A stretch of DNA of 64,000 nt. It comes from Nitrosopumilus sp. Lineage in GTDB: Archaea; Thermoproteota; Nitrososphaeria; Nitrososphaerales; Nitrosopumilaceae. This document shows positions 38,617 to 49,022 of this stretch, in pieces. The translations under genes and the position numbers were made by a program. A model generated the notes under the pieces. That model saw only the letters and a program-made list of their open reading frames with translations. It had not been told where the DNA came from and searched no databases. The stretch lies in contig OZ244650.1 in assembly GCA_965218785.1 (NCBI GenBank), positions 1,760,001 to 1,824,000 on the forward strand, read 5' to 3'. Positions within the stretch are counted from its first letter, which is position 1; each line of letters opens with the position of its first letter.

Positions 38617-38850
38617 ATGAATTACGAATACCACAGACGGGGCAGAAATTGGTTCACGGCAATGGGTGTGCTTTTTTCTATAATGGCCGCAATAGTACTG
38701 GTCAGGCAGATGTTGATCTGGGGGTGGGAGTTTGTTGTAGAATTTTTATTCAACATGGAAATAACAAATGAAAAAATCTCTGTTGCAATGCTGGGCTTTG
38801 GGATTTTTATGATAGTGCTAGGATTTGGAAAACATGAACAAGCGAGATGA
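38617..38850 (+). CDS. Small membrane protein
   Basis: 77 aa, two hydrophobic helices, co-oriented in the operon. Confidence 0.65.
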   Translation: MNYEYHRRGRNWFTAMGVLFSIMAAIVLVRQMLIWGWEFVVEFLFNMEITNEKISVAMLGFGIFMIVLGFGKHEQAR

Positions 38851-39235
38851 ATTTCTAAAATCACAAAAAGTGCTGCGGCTTGCAACTATTGATAAGAACA
38901 AAACTCCGCATATTGCACCTGTGTGGTACGTGTATAGTGGAAAAAAGATCTACGTAGGAACAAACACAAGTACGAAAAAGGCCAGAAACGCAAGGAGAAA
39001 CAAGCGTGTTTCGTTTTGTGTGGATGTGGGTGTAAATGCCCCAGACATTTATGGGGTCATGGGGCAGGGCAATGCAAATTTAATTTTAGAGGGCAGCAAA
39101 GTAAAAACGATCGCAAAAAAAATTCTCCGAAAGTATTTTAAGACATTAAAGACAAAGTCGGCAAAAGAACTGCTTGATGATACTGACTGCATTATAGAGA
39201 TAACCCCTGAAAAGTTTTCAGTCTGGAGTTACTGA
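38834..39235 (+). CDS. Pyridoxamine 5'-phosphate oxidase-like (split-barrel flavin/F420-binding) protein
   Basis: RLATID...PHIAPVWY, KKARN...RVSFCVD. Confidence 0.88.
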   Translation: MNKRDEFLKSQKVLRLATIDKNKTPHIAPVWYVYSGKKIYVGTNTSTKKARNARRNKRVSFCVDVGVNAPDIYGVMGQGNANLILEGSKVKTIAKKILRKYFKTLKTKSAKELLDDTDCIIEITPEKFSVWSY

Positions 39236-40404
39236 CTAACAAAATCCTCGATTTTGTTCATTGCAGAATCTAGTACCTGAAGACTGGGAAGATAAACAAG
39301 TCTAAAATGTCCGCTTCCAAACTGTGTTCCAAACCCGGAGCCAGGAACAGTCAGTACGCCCTTGGTTTCTAAAAGTTTTGTGACAAATTCCTTGTCCGTG
39401 CCAAATTTGTTCTCCTCAATCTTAGGAAATGCGTAAAATGCGCCTTTTGGGTTGGAACAGGATATACCGGGCATTTCATTGAGACGTTTTACAACCAAGT
39501 CTCTTCGTTTTTTGATTTCAGATACAAAGTCGGCAATGTAACCCTGAGGACCGCGAAGGGATTCCAAGGCAGCGTGTTGAATCGGCAGATTAGTTGCAAT
39601 TCGGACCCTTGCCAGTTTTGGAAGATTCTCTTTTAGTGCTTCAAGCTGGGGTGATTGATTAAATGCAATGTAGCCAATTCTCCAGCCGGTCATGAGATGA
39701 ACTTTTGAGAATCCGTTTAGGATGATTACAGGCGAATCCTTTGCAACCTTGCCGATTCCCACAAATTTTTCATCAAAAATTATTTGATCATAAATTTCAT
39801 CACATATTATGTAGAGGTTATGTTGGTTTGCAATATCTACTAGTTCTTTAAGTGAATTCTCATTAAATACCACGCCCGTAGGATTGTTTGGGCTAATCAA
39901 ACAGATTGCAACAGTCTTTGAAGTAATTTTGGATTTGATATCATCAATATCAGGTGTGGAATTAGTCAGGTCTACTGCAAATTCTACAGGAACACCTCCA
40001 TGAAGTCGCACATATGACGCATATGGCGGATAGTATGGACCGGGCAATAGTACTTCGTCGCATTCTTCCACGATAGAAGAGATTACCATGTCAAGTCCCT
40101 CAGAAACGCCGTTGGTAACCAAAACATCATCAGCTGAAATTGATAGTCCCTTTGCATTTTCTTTGCTGGCAATCTCCTGTCTTAATTCCAGGAGGCCTTC
40201 AGAAGCAGAATAATAGTTTTCTCCCTTGTTAATTGCATTAATCAGTGCTTCTCTGACATTATCTGGCGGTTGAAACCCAAACTGTACGGGATCGCCGATG
40301 TTAAGATAGTCGACTTGCATGCCTTTTTGCTGCACTGCTCTAGCGGCTAAAACGATGTCCCGAATTGCATACTCGACGCCTGCAACTTTTTTTGATATTT
40401 TCAA
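39229..40404 (-). CDS. Class I/II PLP aminotransferase (alanine aminotransferase-like)
   Basis: YAIRD, LNIGDP, SPNNPTG, DEIYD, NGFSK...GWRIG. Confidence 0.93.
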   Translation of the reverse strand: MKISKKVAGVEYAIRDIVLAARAVQQKGMQVDYLNIGDPVQFGFQPPDNVREALINAINKGENYYSASEGLLELRQEIASKENAKGLSISADDVLVTNGVSEGLDMVISSIVEECDEVLLPGPYYPPYASYVRLHGGVPVEFAVDLTNSTPDIDDIKSKITSKTVAICLISPNNPTGVVFNENSLKELVDIANQHNLYIICDEIYDQIIFDEKFVGIGKVAKDSPVIILNGFSKVHLMTGWRIGYIAFNQSPQLEALKENLPKLARVRIATNLPIQHAALESLRGPQGYIADFVSEIKKRRDLVVKRLNEMPGISCSNPKGAFYAFPKIEENKFGTDKEFVTKLLETKGVLTVPGSGFGTQFGSGHFRLVYLPSLQVLDSAMNKIEDFVSQ

Positions 40405-40953
40405 AGTATCTAGACAGATATTCAGACCATACTTTACTATATCGATTTTTACTCACTTGATTAATAATTCCAAGTCTTAATTCCCAGATTAGCGTGGGAT
40501 TTTCAGATGTATCAGAATAGATAACCATCTGTAGAACAATGCTTTGCAGGTACTATCATACCATCTGATTTTTTTTCTTTACTCAATAGTTACGTGCGGA
40601 AGATCATGTTTGATTTTTCAACAACCTGCCTTGTCTCAACTCTCAAAATAAAGCCGTTCTGTAAGATCCTCGATCAAGTGACGATCCGACAGATTAGATG
40701 CCCATCGAGCCATTTCAAATCTAATTTAGCCATGATTTAGACCGTTCGGAGTGGATTCTTTGTAACTGTCCCCCCTCATCAAAAGAGATTATAAATCATC
40801 CCGAAAGCGGAATCTCACCATGGTTTTATTATGATTAAATGATTAGTATGCATAATCGATCCCAGACGGACACGCCATGAATATGTAAACGACGTCAGTC
40901 GCATCCGGGATTACGATCTGAAAAACTTGCCCGTGTGTTAGTTGCTTGTTGGG

Positions 40954-42216
40954 TCAAGTACGCATAAATTTTAATAATTCTTTAGCTCTATCCAGTGAAA
41001 TCTTCTTCTCTTCAATCATTTTTTGAACAATTTTATCTATCTGCTCAGACTTGGCTCCTGCAGCGGCGGCAAGATTTCTTGCATGCAGGCGCATGTGTCC
41101 TTTTTGAATTCCCTCAGTTGCAAGCGCTCGGATGGCGCTATAATTTTGAGCCAGACCGGCAGCAGCCATTACGCATGCAAGTTCTTGGGCAGATGAAACG
41201 CCAAGAATCTTTGCGCAGACTTTTGCCGCAGGATGAACGTTTGCAACACCACCGACAATGCCAACAGAGAGTGGAAGTTCCAAAGTTCCAACCAAATTAC
41301 CGTCATCGTCCTTGTTCCATTTGCTAAGAGAACGGTATTTGCCAGATTTGACGGCATATGCATTTGCTGCGGCCTCGATGGCTCTACTATCCTGTCCGAC
41401 TGCATTTGCAACAGATATGGTTCCATTCATGATTCCCTTGTTGTGAGTGACTGCGCGATAGACATCATTATCTGCAAACTCAAAGGCCAGGACAATATCA
41501 TCAACGATCTTTTCTCCCCCGACTGCCTCTTTTTCAAATACCGCCGTAGCTTTGGCAATTCTTCTAGTGGAATAGTTTGACAATATGCGAAGAAGGGTTC
41601 TTCCACCGGTAATCTTTTCAATTAATGGGGAAACGGCTTCGCACATGGTATTTGTAATATTTGCACCCATAGCGTCTCCAACATCAATTAAGATTTCAAC
41701 GATTAGCATCTTTCCAGAAGGGGCATCAATCTCTTTACAGGAGATTTCCTTTGCACCTTTGCCCATTTTGGACAAAGTGCTGCTTTTGGAATTTGCCAGT
41801 TGTAGAATTTCACTTGAGGAATCATTGATTTTTTCAGATGCAGAAGCAATGTCGGCATCCAAAACTTGAATTTGTCCCATACTGTAAGATTCATCTGCTG
41901 TAACTAGGAACCCCCCTTTGATTCGCGCAGTTTTGGCCCCCTTGGATGCCGCTGCAATCACGGATGGTTCTTCAATAACCATTGGAACAAGGTAGTCCTT
42001 TCCATTAATCGTGAAATTCGTTGCAAGTCCCAATGGTAATGAGAATGTACCAATGGCATTTTCTACCATCTTATCGGCGCATTCAAAAGAGAGCCCGCCA
42101 TTACTGCTTCGTAAAACATTTAATTCTTCATTAGAAAGATTTGCAAAATCTGCAACAATGTCCAGTCTTTGCTCCCTTGACTTTTCAAAAAATTTTGAAA
42201 TTGATGAATCAGGCAT
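40954..42216 (-). CDS. hmgA: HMG-CoA reductase (class II type)
   Basis: ENAIG, EEPSVIAA, DAMGAN, THNKGIMNG, GIQKGHM. Confidence 0.95.
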   Translation of the reverse strand: MPDSSISKFFEKSREQRLDIVADFANLSNEELNVLRSSNGGLSFECADKMVENAIGTFSLPLGLATNFTINGKDYLVPMVIEEPSVIAAASKGAKTARIKGGFLVTADESYSMGQIQVLDADIASASEKINDSSSEILQLANSKSSTLSKMGKGAKEISCKEIDAPSGKMLIVEILIDVGDAMGANITNTMCEAVSPLIEKITGGRTLLRILSNYSTRRIAKATAVFEKEAVGGEKIVDDIVLAFEFADNDVYRAVTHNKGIMNGTISVANAVGQDSRAIEAAANAYAVKSGKYRSLSKWNKDDDGNLVGTLELPLSVGIVGGVANVHPAAKVCAKILGVSSAQELACVMAAAGLAQNYSAIRALATEGIQKGHMRLHARNLAAAAGAKSEQIDKIVQKMIEEKKISLDRAKELLKFMRT

Positions 42217-42217
42217 C

Positions 42218-43309
42218 TTATTTCAATATCCTCAGTAGTTTATCATCCATACTATCAGGAAAACCTTTTCCATCGGTATTTGAAGTAATCACATAAAGAC
42301 TCCCATCTGGATCTTCGACGACATCACGAATGCGGCCAATTCCGCTAAGAATGGATTGTTGGGAGCTGAGTCCCTCTTTGAAATCCAACTGATACAAATT
42401 GGCGGCCCTCATGGAGGCCAGGATAAACGGAAATTCAAAATCAAGCGTGTCCCCGGTATAGAAAAGAATGCCGCCGGGTTCTATACTTGGATCGTAGCAA
42501 AGAACGGCATCCTCAAAAATTTCATCTCCCGAACACTGCTCTTCAGGCCAGCCATAATTTTTTCCCGGTTGAATCAGATTGATTTCATCATTTTTTTCCG
42601 GTCCAAATTCGGCTACAAACAGATTGCCGTTATCATCCCAGGTCATTCCCTGAGGATTTCTGTGACCAATGGAATAGACCGGAGAACCTGAAAATGGATT
42701 ATCATCAGGAATGCTGCCGTCATCGTTTAATCTCAGAATTTTTCCAGACAAGGAGTCAGGATCCTGTGGAAGATGGGAGGCATCAGAAGTGGTTCCGGTG
42801 CCTACATATAATTTTTCATCAGGTCCAAATTTTATAAAACCGCCGTTGGTAAATGAAGAGCCTGGAATTTTATCAAGTATGGTTGTGACATCTTGTAGTT
42901 TGTTTTCAAACTCGGTTATTTGCAAAATCTTATTCCACAAATTTCCATCTTCCTCATATGTTAAAAATACGTAGATAAAGTGGTTATTTGAAAAGTCCGG
43001 ATGCAGTGTAATCCCCAACAATCCACCATCAAACACGTTTGGAGTACGAAACACGGCCAGGGGTGATTCTAACAAATTATTGTCCTGAATAACTCTGATA
43101 AAACCGTCTTTTTCGGTCACAAAAATCCGATCATCAGAAACGGCAATTGCGCGGGGTTTGTCAAGATTTTCAGCCAGAATAGTTACAAAATCATTTTGGG
43201 AGTTTGATGTGGGTTTTGGTATCGGGAGAGGATCAGAGGGCGAAGTCAGGACAGATACTGAAAATATCACAGCTCCAACAATCGCGATGATTTGAATTTT
43301 TTTGTTCAC
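42218..43309 (-). CDS. PQQ-dependent sugar dehydrogenase (GSDH family)
   Basis: GGLLGITLHPDF, GKILR, GHRNPQG, NYGWP, GRIRDV. Confidence 0.92.
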   Translation of the reverse strand: MNKKIQIIAIVGAVIFSVSVLTSPSDPLPIPKPTSNSQNDFVTILAENLDKPRAIAVSDDRIFVTEKDGFIRVIQDNNLLESPLAVFRTPNVFDGGLLGITLHPDFSNNHFIYVFLTYEEDGNLWNKILQITEFENKLQDVTTILDKIPGSSFTNGGFIKFGPDEKLYVGTGTTSDASHLPQDPDSLSGKILRLNDDGSIPDDNPFSGSPVYSIGHRNPQGMTWDDNGNLFVAEFGPEKNDEINLIQPGKNYGWPEEQCSGDEIFEDAVLCYDPSIEPGGILFYTGDTLDFEFPFILASMRAANLYQLDFKEGLSSQQSILSGIGRIRDVVEDPDGSLYVITSNTDGKGFPDSMDDKLLRILK

Positions 43310-43389
43310 AAAAGAAGTCTTTTCAAATCCTATTAATTACTTTCAAGAATTTGATAAAGCGTATATACGGCTGACCTTCATTTATGATC

Positions 43390-43479
43390 AGCGGGGTGGG
43401 GAAGTCAGACTGTTTAGGACTAGGTCATCCCGGCGGGCTCATAACCCGCAAATCAGTAGTTCAAATCTACTCCCCGCTA
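43390..43479 (+). tRNA. Initiator tRNA-Met(CAT) with a 15-nt D-loop intron (43409-43423)
   Basis: A1-U72 acceptor AGCGGGG/CCCCGCT, GGG/CCC anticodon stem around CTCATAA; the oversized D-loop forms a bulge-helix-bulge. Confidence 0.9.
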
Positions 43480-43481
43480 CT

Positions 43482-44810
43482 TTAGTCTCTATAAACGCAA
43501 AACCATGAAAGAGATTCATCAAATTTAGAAATTTTGTTAGACAGCCCCAATCGCTGCAATGGCCGCGTTAAATGCCGATGGGCAGACATTTCTGGGAGAT
43601 AGAGTTGTTTTTTGATTTTTCTTGGGATCTCAACTGATATCTTTTTGGAGGCTTTTTTCCCACATCGGATACATTGAAATCCCTGGTTCTGACCTTGGGA
43701 TTTCATTTTTTTGTTGCACTTTTTGCAGGGAGGGTTGGATTTTGAAACGTTCTTTTCAAGATCAAGAACGTCGATGAATTCAAGATTGATGATTCGGGGG
43801 AATTTTTTTGATGCTTTTCTAACACCTCCGCCTACGCGTATCTTATCACCCCTTGTCAAATTCGAGGCAACAGATGAAATTCCCGTAGGTTTGTAGACTG
43901 CGCACCAAAACTCGTGATTTTGGGAAATGATTTTAAAAAATACATGACCGCCATTTGCTATTTTTGGCGTGTCTGATACAACCCCAGTTATTTTTCCAGA
44001 GGCGTATGGTTTCATGCTCTCCAAAGTTAATTCATTTTTCAAATGATCACCTGTCCCCTGATTAGATTTGAAGATCATGTAACCGTCCAATTTTTCATCA
44101 CTCTTCAGAATCCTTGTGGCGTACACCAACGACGAAACATTTTCACCCCTGACACCATAAAATACCGGATCAGGTCCGTGGGGAGTAATCAGAATTCGTC
44201 CTTTTTTGGTATCAAAACTATTAAACGTATCAGGAAAAGTCTTTTCCTGCATAATTTTCACACTTGATGCACAGATACTCCTCTGCTTTCCGAATTTGGT
44301 TTTTTTACGATAACTCAATAGTTCCAATGTGTGATCTTCAAAGTCATATCCTATTGCACCGATTGCGCCGACAAGTCCCTGTCCGTTTCCCTGATAGAAA
44401 AAATCAAGATCGTTTTCTTGTGCAAATTTTTTTGCATTTTTTCTGTTAATTAATTGCCACATAGCCAAATTGCTGAAATTTGTAAGGTCGGGTGGAATTT
44501 CATCACTTTCAAAAAACACCAAGCCGGGATTTGCGCCGTTTTTAACATCAGAATATTTTGAGACAAGATTTCTAATCTGTGTTTTTATCCTAGAGGGATT
44601 TGCAGTCTTTATTTGGATTGAGACTGCGCCGTTTCCGCGAGTTTTCCATGGAATATTGGGATTAAATCGAACCAGTCTTGGAAAATCAAGGAATTCTGTT
44701 TTCTGTTTTTTCAGTGAATCAACGATTTTGTATGCCAGAAACGTGGTACACATTCCCTTGGGGGAGTCAGTGTCATCAAATCCAACATGAAGCGTTGTTT
44801 TTTCGGCCAT
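43482..44810 (-). CDS. tiaS: tRNA(Ile2) agmatidine synthetase
   Basis: GFDDTDS...GMCTT, NPNIPWKTRGNGA, NQGT, GGHVF, zinc ribbon, HLTRP. Confidence 0.95.
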   Translation of the reverse strand: MAEKTTLHVGFDDTDSPKGMCTTFLAYKIVDSLKKQKTEFLDFPRLVRFNPNIPWKTRGNGAVSIQIKTANPSRIKTQIRNLVSKYSDVKNGANPGLVFFESDEIPPDLTNFSNLAMWQLINRKNAKKFAQENDLDFFYQGNGQGLVGAIGAIGYDFEDHTLELLSYRKKTKFGKQRSICASSVKIMQEKTFPDTFNSFDTKKGRILITPHGPDPVFYGVRGENVSSLVYATRILKSDEKLDGYMIFKSNQGTGDHLKNELTLESMKPYASGKITGVVSDTPKIANGGHVFFKIISQNHEFWCAVYKPTGISSVASNLTRGDKIRVGGGVRKASKKFPRIINLEFIDVLDLEKNVSKSNPPCKKCNKKMKSQGQNQGFQCIRCGKKASKKISVEIPRKIKKQLYLPEMSAHRHLTRPLQRLGLSNKISKFDESLSWFCVYRD

Positions 44811-44892
44811 GAATCAGCAGGGGTGGCTCGGACATTTTTAGTTGTTGGAGGTACAGTTGATTTAAATTAATAATGCCCGATTCCAAGCTGAA

Positions 44893-45888
44893 TTGATAGT
44901 AATAGACCAGGACAGAATCTTCAGGGAGATTGAGGAGAAAAATCCCGCATCTGTTTCATTAAACGGTCCTGATGGAATATTGCCCCAGGTTCAAGAAATG
45001 GCCATGAAGATTACGGAAAAATTCGCAATTCCTGCATATATTTTGGCAGACACCACGTGGGGAACCTGTGATCTGAATTCAAATGGTTCTAAAATACTCG
45101 GGGCGGAGATCCAGTTTAATATCGGACATACAATAAACACCGAGTCACCAGAGGAGAATCTAGTCCTAATTGACGCATTTGATAATGTCGAATTTGACAG
45201 TGTTGCAAAAAAATGTGCCAATACTTTGAAGGGAAAAACAATTTCACTAGTTACAGATAGTCAGCATCTGCACCAGATAGACAAGGTTGAAAAAATTTTA
45301 ACAGAAAGTGGAATCAACGTAAGGATTGGAAAGGGAAAGGGGCAGTTAAATGACGGTCAGGTGTTTGGCTGTGAATTTTATCCCGCATCGGAATTAAAAA
45401 GAGAGGTTGATGCGTATGTCTTTCTAGGACAGAGCAATTTTCATGCGGCAGGAATCGCACTATCAACGAATTTGCCAACCTATGTCTTGGATCCCTACTT
45501 TAATGAAGTAAGAGAGGTTACAGAGTTTGCACAGAAATTAAAAAAGAAAGCTACTCTTGCAATATACAAGGCAGCAGAGGCAAAATCATTTGGGGTGATT
45601 GTGGGGCTAAAGGAAGGACAGCTATCCAAGGTGTTTGCCTTGAAGATCAAAAGAGAGCTGGAAAAAGAGGGGAAACAGGTTCAATTGTTTGCACTAACAG
45701 ACATTACAAATGAGAGATTGAAGAATCTCAGGGGAATTGATGCTTTTATTCAGGTCGCATGTCCAAGAATTTCCACAGACAATCAATTTGACAAGCCGTT
45801 GTTATCCACGCCACAGGCAAACGCCCTGCTCAAAATTTTACGAAATGAGAGCATCGATGAATATCTACAGATACCACATTGGTTATAG
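44893..45888 (+). CDS. dph2: Diphthamide biosynthesis enzyme Dph2
   Basis: WGTCD, GQVFGC, ACPRI. Confidence 0.93.
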   Translation: MIVIDQDRIFREIEEKNPASVSLNGPDGILPQVQEMAMKITEKFAIPAYILADTTWGTCDLNSNGSKILGAEIQFNIGHTINTESPEENLVLIDAFDNVEFDSVAKKCANTLKGKTISLVTDSQHLHQIDKVEKILTESGINVRIGKGKGQLNDGQVFGCEFYPASELKREVDAYVFLGQSNFHAAGIALSTNLPTYVLDPYFNEVREVTEFAQKLKKKATLAIYKAAEAKSFGVIVGLKEGQLSKVFALKIKRELEKEGKQVQLFALTDITNERLKNLRGIDAFIQVACPRISTDNQFDKPLLSTPQANALLKILRNESIDEYLQIPHWL

Positions 45889-46488
45889 TCAGGACACCAA
45901 TTTTTTAAATCTGGAATTCTCTGATAATTTTTCAAATGATTTGGATTTTTTTGCCTTTATTTTGTACTGTGCTCCCTGCGAAATTGCGTGCTCAAGCAAG
46001 TCAAGTGCACTGTCAACTTTTGACAGCATTGCAAGAACACATGATTTGTCAAAGAGGACATCGCCATTATCCGGATAATCCTTTAGAATGATATCACAGC
46101 ATGAAAGGGATTCATCAAACCGCTTCATGGAGGATAAAATTCGTTCCTTGTGGTATAATACGATATTATACTTTGGATTGTCATTTAGAACGTCATTACA
46201 CAGTGATAACGCCTCGACAAAATCCCCTTTTTTTCGAAGGGAGGATATCTTGTTAATTAATACGGAGAGATCATCTGGATGTTTTTGTAAGGCAGTGTCA
46301 TAGCACCTTATTGCATTATCAAAATCCCCGAGTTTGCTTAGGGCATATCCCTTATTGTTAAGCGAACTGAGATGAGCCGGGTCGTCATCTAGAATTTTCT
46401 CATAATACGAAATTGCCTCTTCTAGCTTGCCCTGAAGAAACAGCCTGTTGCCCTCGTCTAAAATTGAATTGGTTTTAGGATCGGTCAT
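45889..46488 (-). CDS. Tetratricopeptide-repeat protein
   Basis: NNKGYAL...A...YD repeats. Confidence 0.9.
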   Translation of the reverse strand: MTDPKTNSILDEGNRLFLQGKLEEAISYYEKILDDDPAHLSSLNNKGYALSKLGDFDNAIRCYDTALQKHPDDLSVLINKISSLRKKGDFVEALSLCNDVLNDNPKYNIVLYHKERILSSMKRFDESLSCCDIILKDYPDNGDVLFDKSCVLAMLSKVDSALDLLEHAISQGAQYKIKAKKSKSFEKLSENSRFKKLVS

Positions 46489-46489
46489 A

Positions 46490-47569
46490 TCAATCAGGAT
46501 TTGGTTTCATCAGGATTTTGCCAAAACGTCCCTTTCCTTTGAGCATTTTTGTATGAGCTTCGGCTGCTTGCTCTAGTGGATATGTTGAATCAATTATGGA
46601 TCTTATTTTTCCCCGGGACATCCAGTAAAGACCCTGTTCCAGCTCGGCCCTGGTTCCCTGGGTCGAACCTAGAATGTTGATTCCTTTAAAGAAGATATAG
46701 CGCAGGTCAGTCTTGGCATCATAACCCGTCGTGGCGCCAGTTGTCACAATTGTTCCACCGTAACTTAGCAGGGAGAGTTCTTTATTCCAATGAGAGCCGC
46801 CAATATGCTCAAAAATCACATCGACTCCGGGAACATCGCCGTATGGTTTGGAAAGTTTTTTTGAGATCGCTCTAACCTCTTTGTACCAATCATCGTTTCG
46901 GTGATCTACTGCATAATCAGCACCTAGTTCCAATAATTTATCTAGTTTGTCAGGACTGGCAGTGGCAATCACCGTGCATCCAAAAAGTTTTGCAATTTGA
47001 ATTCCATAATTTCCAACACCGGAGCTTCCGCCCATAATCAAAACCAGTTGTCCGGGCCGGATTTTTGCCCTGCCAATAAGCATGTGCCATGATGTAACTA
47101 GCGTCATCGAGGCGGCTGCGGCATCATCATACGATACGCCGTCTGGAATCCTTACAACATTGACTTCGGGAAGATGAGTCTCCTCACAGTATCCGCCCCA
47201 GAGTGGACCGGTTTGAAAACCCCAGATTGTTCGCTTTGTACAGTCGTATTCCCGTCCATCAGTACAGGCTTTGCAGACTCTGCATGAAATGTTTCCATGA
47301 GATACCACCCTGTCTCCAACTTTGACGTGTCTTACATTGCGGCCGACTTTGATAACCTCCCCTGCGGCATCGGTTCCAGAAATATGAGGCAGCGGAATTG
47401 CCAGGGGTTTTCCCCTCATTCCCCAGATATCATCATAGTTTAATGACGCTGCCTTGACCTTGAAGATAACTTCATGGGGCGCAGGCTCTGGAGAAGGAAC
47501 GTCCTTGATTTTTAAAATTTTAGAAAAATCATCATTATCAGCATATTGATCATACACCAGGGCTCTCAT
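46490..47569 (-). CDS. Zinc-binding MDR dehydrogenase/reductase (candidate acryloyl-CoA reductase of the HP/HB cycle)
   Basis: PHISGTDAAG, CRVCKAC...C, GGSSGVG; the specific function is inference. Confidence 0.85.
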   Translation of the reverse strand: MRALVYDQYADNDDFSKILKIKDVPSPEPAPHEVIFKVKAASLNYDDIWGMRGKPLAIPLPHISGTDAAGEVIKVGRNVRHVKVGDRVVSHGNISCRVCKACTDGREYDCTKRTIWGFQTGPLWGGYCEETHLPEVNVVRIPDGVSYDDAAAASMTLVTSWHMLIGRAKIRPGQLVLIMGGSSGVGNYGIQIAKLFGCTVIATASPDKLDKLLELGADYAVDHRNDDWYKEVRAISKKLSKPYGDVPGVDVIFEHIGGSHWNKELSLLSYGGTIVTTGATTGYDAKTDLRYIFFKGINILGSTQGTRAELEQGLYWMSRGKIRSIIDSTYPLEQAAEAHTKMLKGKGRFGKILMKPNPD

Positions 47570-47652
47570 GGTTTTTTTTAAATTTTTAGAGATATATGAT
47601 TTGCCAATGTCTCACCACAAACAATTATAATCATAACAGCGAAAATCATATC

Positions 47653-48204
47653 ATGTCAAATAATACAATATTTCCAGGGGACAAAATAGCATCTATTGAG
47701 GAATATGAGGCAGGATACAACGCTTTTGATGATGGGGATATGGTCAGAGCGGCAACAGTGGGGCAAAAAGAAACGGATAGCAAGACACGAACCGTCAATA
47801 TCAGGCACCCAAAATCCCTGTCAATTCCAAAAGTAGGGGATATTGTTATCGGGACTGTGGCAGCAGTGATGTCATCTATGATTGCAGTATCAATAGACTA
47901 CATCAACGGCAAGCCTACCATATCAAAAGTAGAGTGCATATGTTCAACGCGAAATATCAGAAGAAAGAACGTGGCCCTAGTTAGTGATATAATTACATTG
48001 AAGATACTTAATCATCTTAATGGAACAATTCATGCAACAGTTGATGAGCCACATCTGGGGGTATTATTTACAAAATGTAGAAAATGTGGAAATAAGGTTG
48101 TTTTAATGCGCGATGCCATAAAATGTACAGAATGCTCTTGGATTGATGAGAGAAAGCTTTCTGCAAATTTTGGCAACGGTGATTTTGTAAAACTGAGAGA
48201 CTAG
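47653..48204 (+). CDS. csl4: Exosome RNA-binding subunit Csl4
   Basis: PGDKIASIEEY, PKVGDIVIG, LGV...CRKCG...CTEC...ERK. Confidence 0.9.
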   Translation: MSNNTIFPGDKIASIEEYEAGYNAFDDGDMVRAATVGQKETDSKTRTVNIRHPKSLSIPKVGDIVIGTVAAVMSSMIAVSIDYINGKPTISKVECICSTRNIRRKNVALVSDIITLKILNHLNGTIHATVDEPHLGVLFTKCRKCGNKVVLMRDAIKCTECSWIDERKLSANFGNGDFVKLRD

Positions 48205-48207
48205 GAA

Positions 48208-49022
48208 ATGATACGTGTTTCGTTCCAAGGTGAACGGGGGCATACAGTGAAGCTGCGGCAAGATCATTTTTTAATGAAGAAAGTCAGGCTGTTCCCCTTG
48301 CAACATTTGCAGAGGTTTTAGAGAATACGGCTAGGGATAAAACAGAATATGCAATTTTGCCTGTGGAGAATTCATTGGAAGGAAGTGTTGGTGAGAGTTA
48401 TGACCTGCTTTATTTAACATCCTTGAATGCCACAGGCGAGATTTATCACAGAATTGAGCACTGTCTGATCGGAGTCGGAAAGCTAGAGGAGATAGATACC
48501 GTGTATTCACATCCCCAGGCATTGGGTCAGTGCAGGAAATTCATCGAACGGCACGGCATGAAAACAATTCCCTCATACGATACGGCAGGCAGTGTAAAAA
48601 TTGTCAAGGAGCTTGACAACAAAAATTATGCGTGTATAGCCAGCAAAACAGCTTCGGTCATATACGACATGCCTGTTATCTCCGAAAACATTGCAAATAA
48701 TTCAAACAACCATACGAGGTTTTTGGTCCTGTCAAAAAAGGAATCTCCGGAAACAGGAAATGACAAGACATCAATAATTTTTTCCATCAAACACGAGCCA
48801 GGCTCATTATATAGGATAATGGAGAATTTCTACAAAAATGATGTCAATCTTACAAAAATAGAATCAAGACCCACTAAAACCAATACATGGGAATACAACT
48901 TTTATGTGGATTTTGAGGGTCATAAAAAAAATACCCGGATTTCAGAAATGTTGGAAAAAATAAAGCAGGAAACGTTATTCATGAAGGTATTGGGTTCGTA
49001 TCCCTGTGCAAAACTAGGCTAA
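48208..49022 (+). pseudogene. pheA: Prephenate dehydratase, frameshifted at a G run (48236-48240)
   Basis: MIRVSFQGERG then shifts; one more G gives GERGAYSEAAA in frame with PVENSLEGSV, SHPQALGQC, TRF, LTKIESRP. Could be a sequencing error. Confidence 0.88.
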
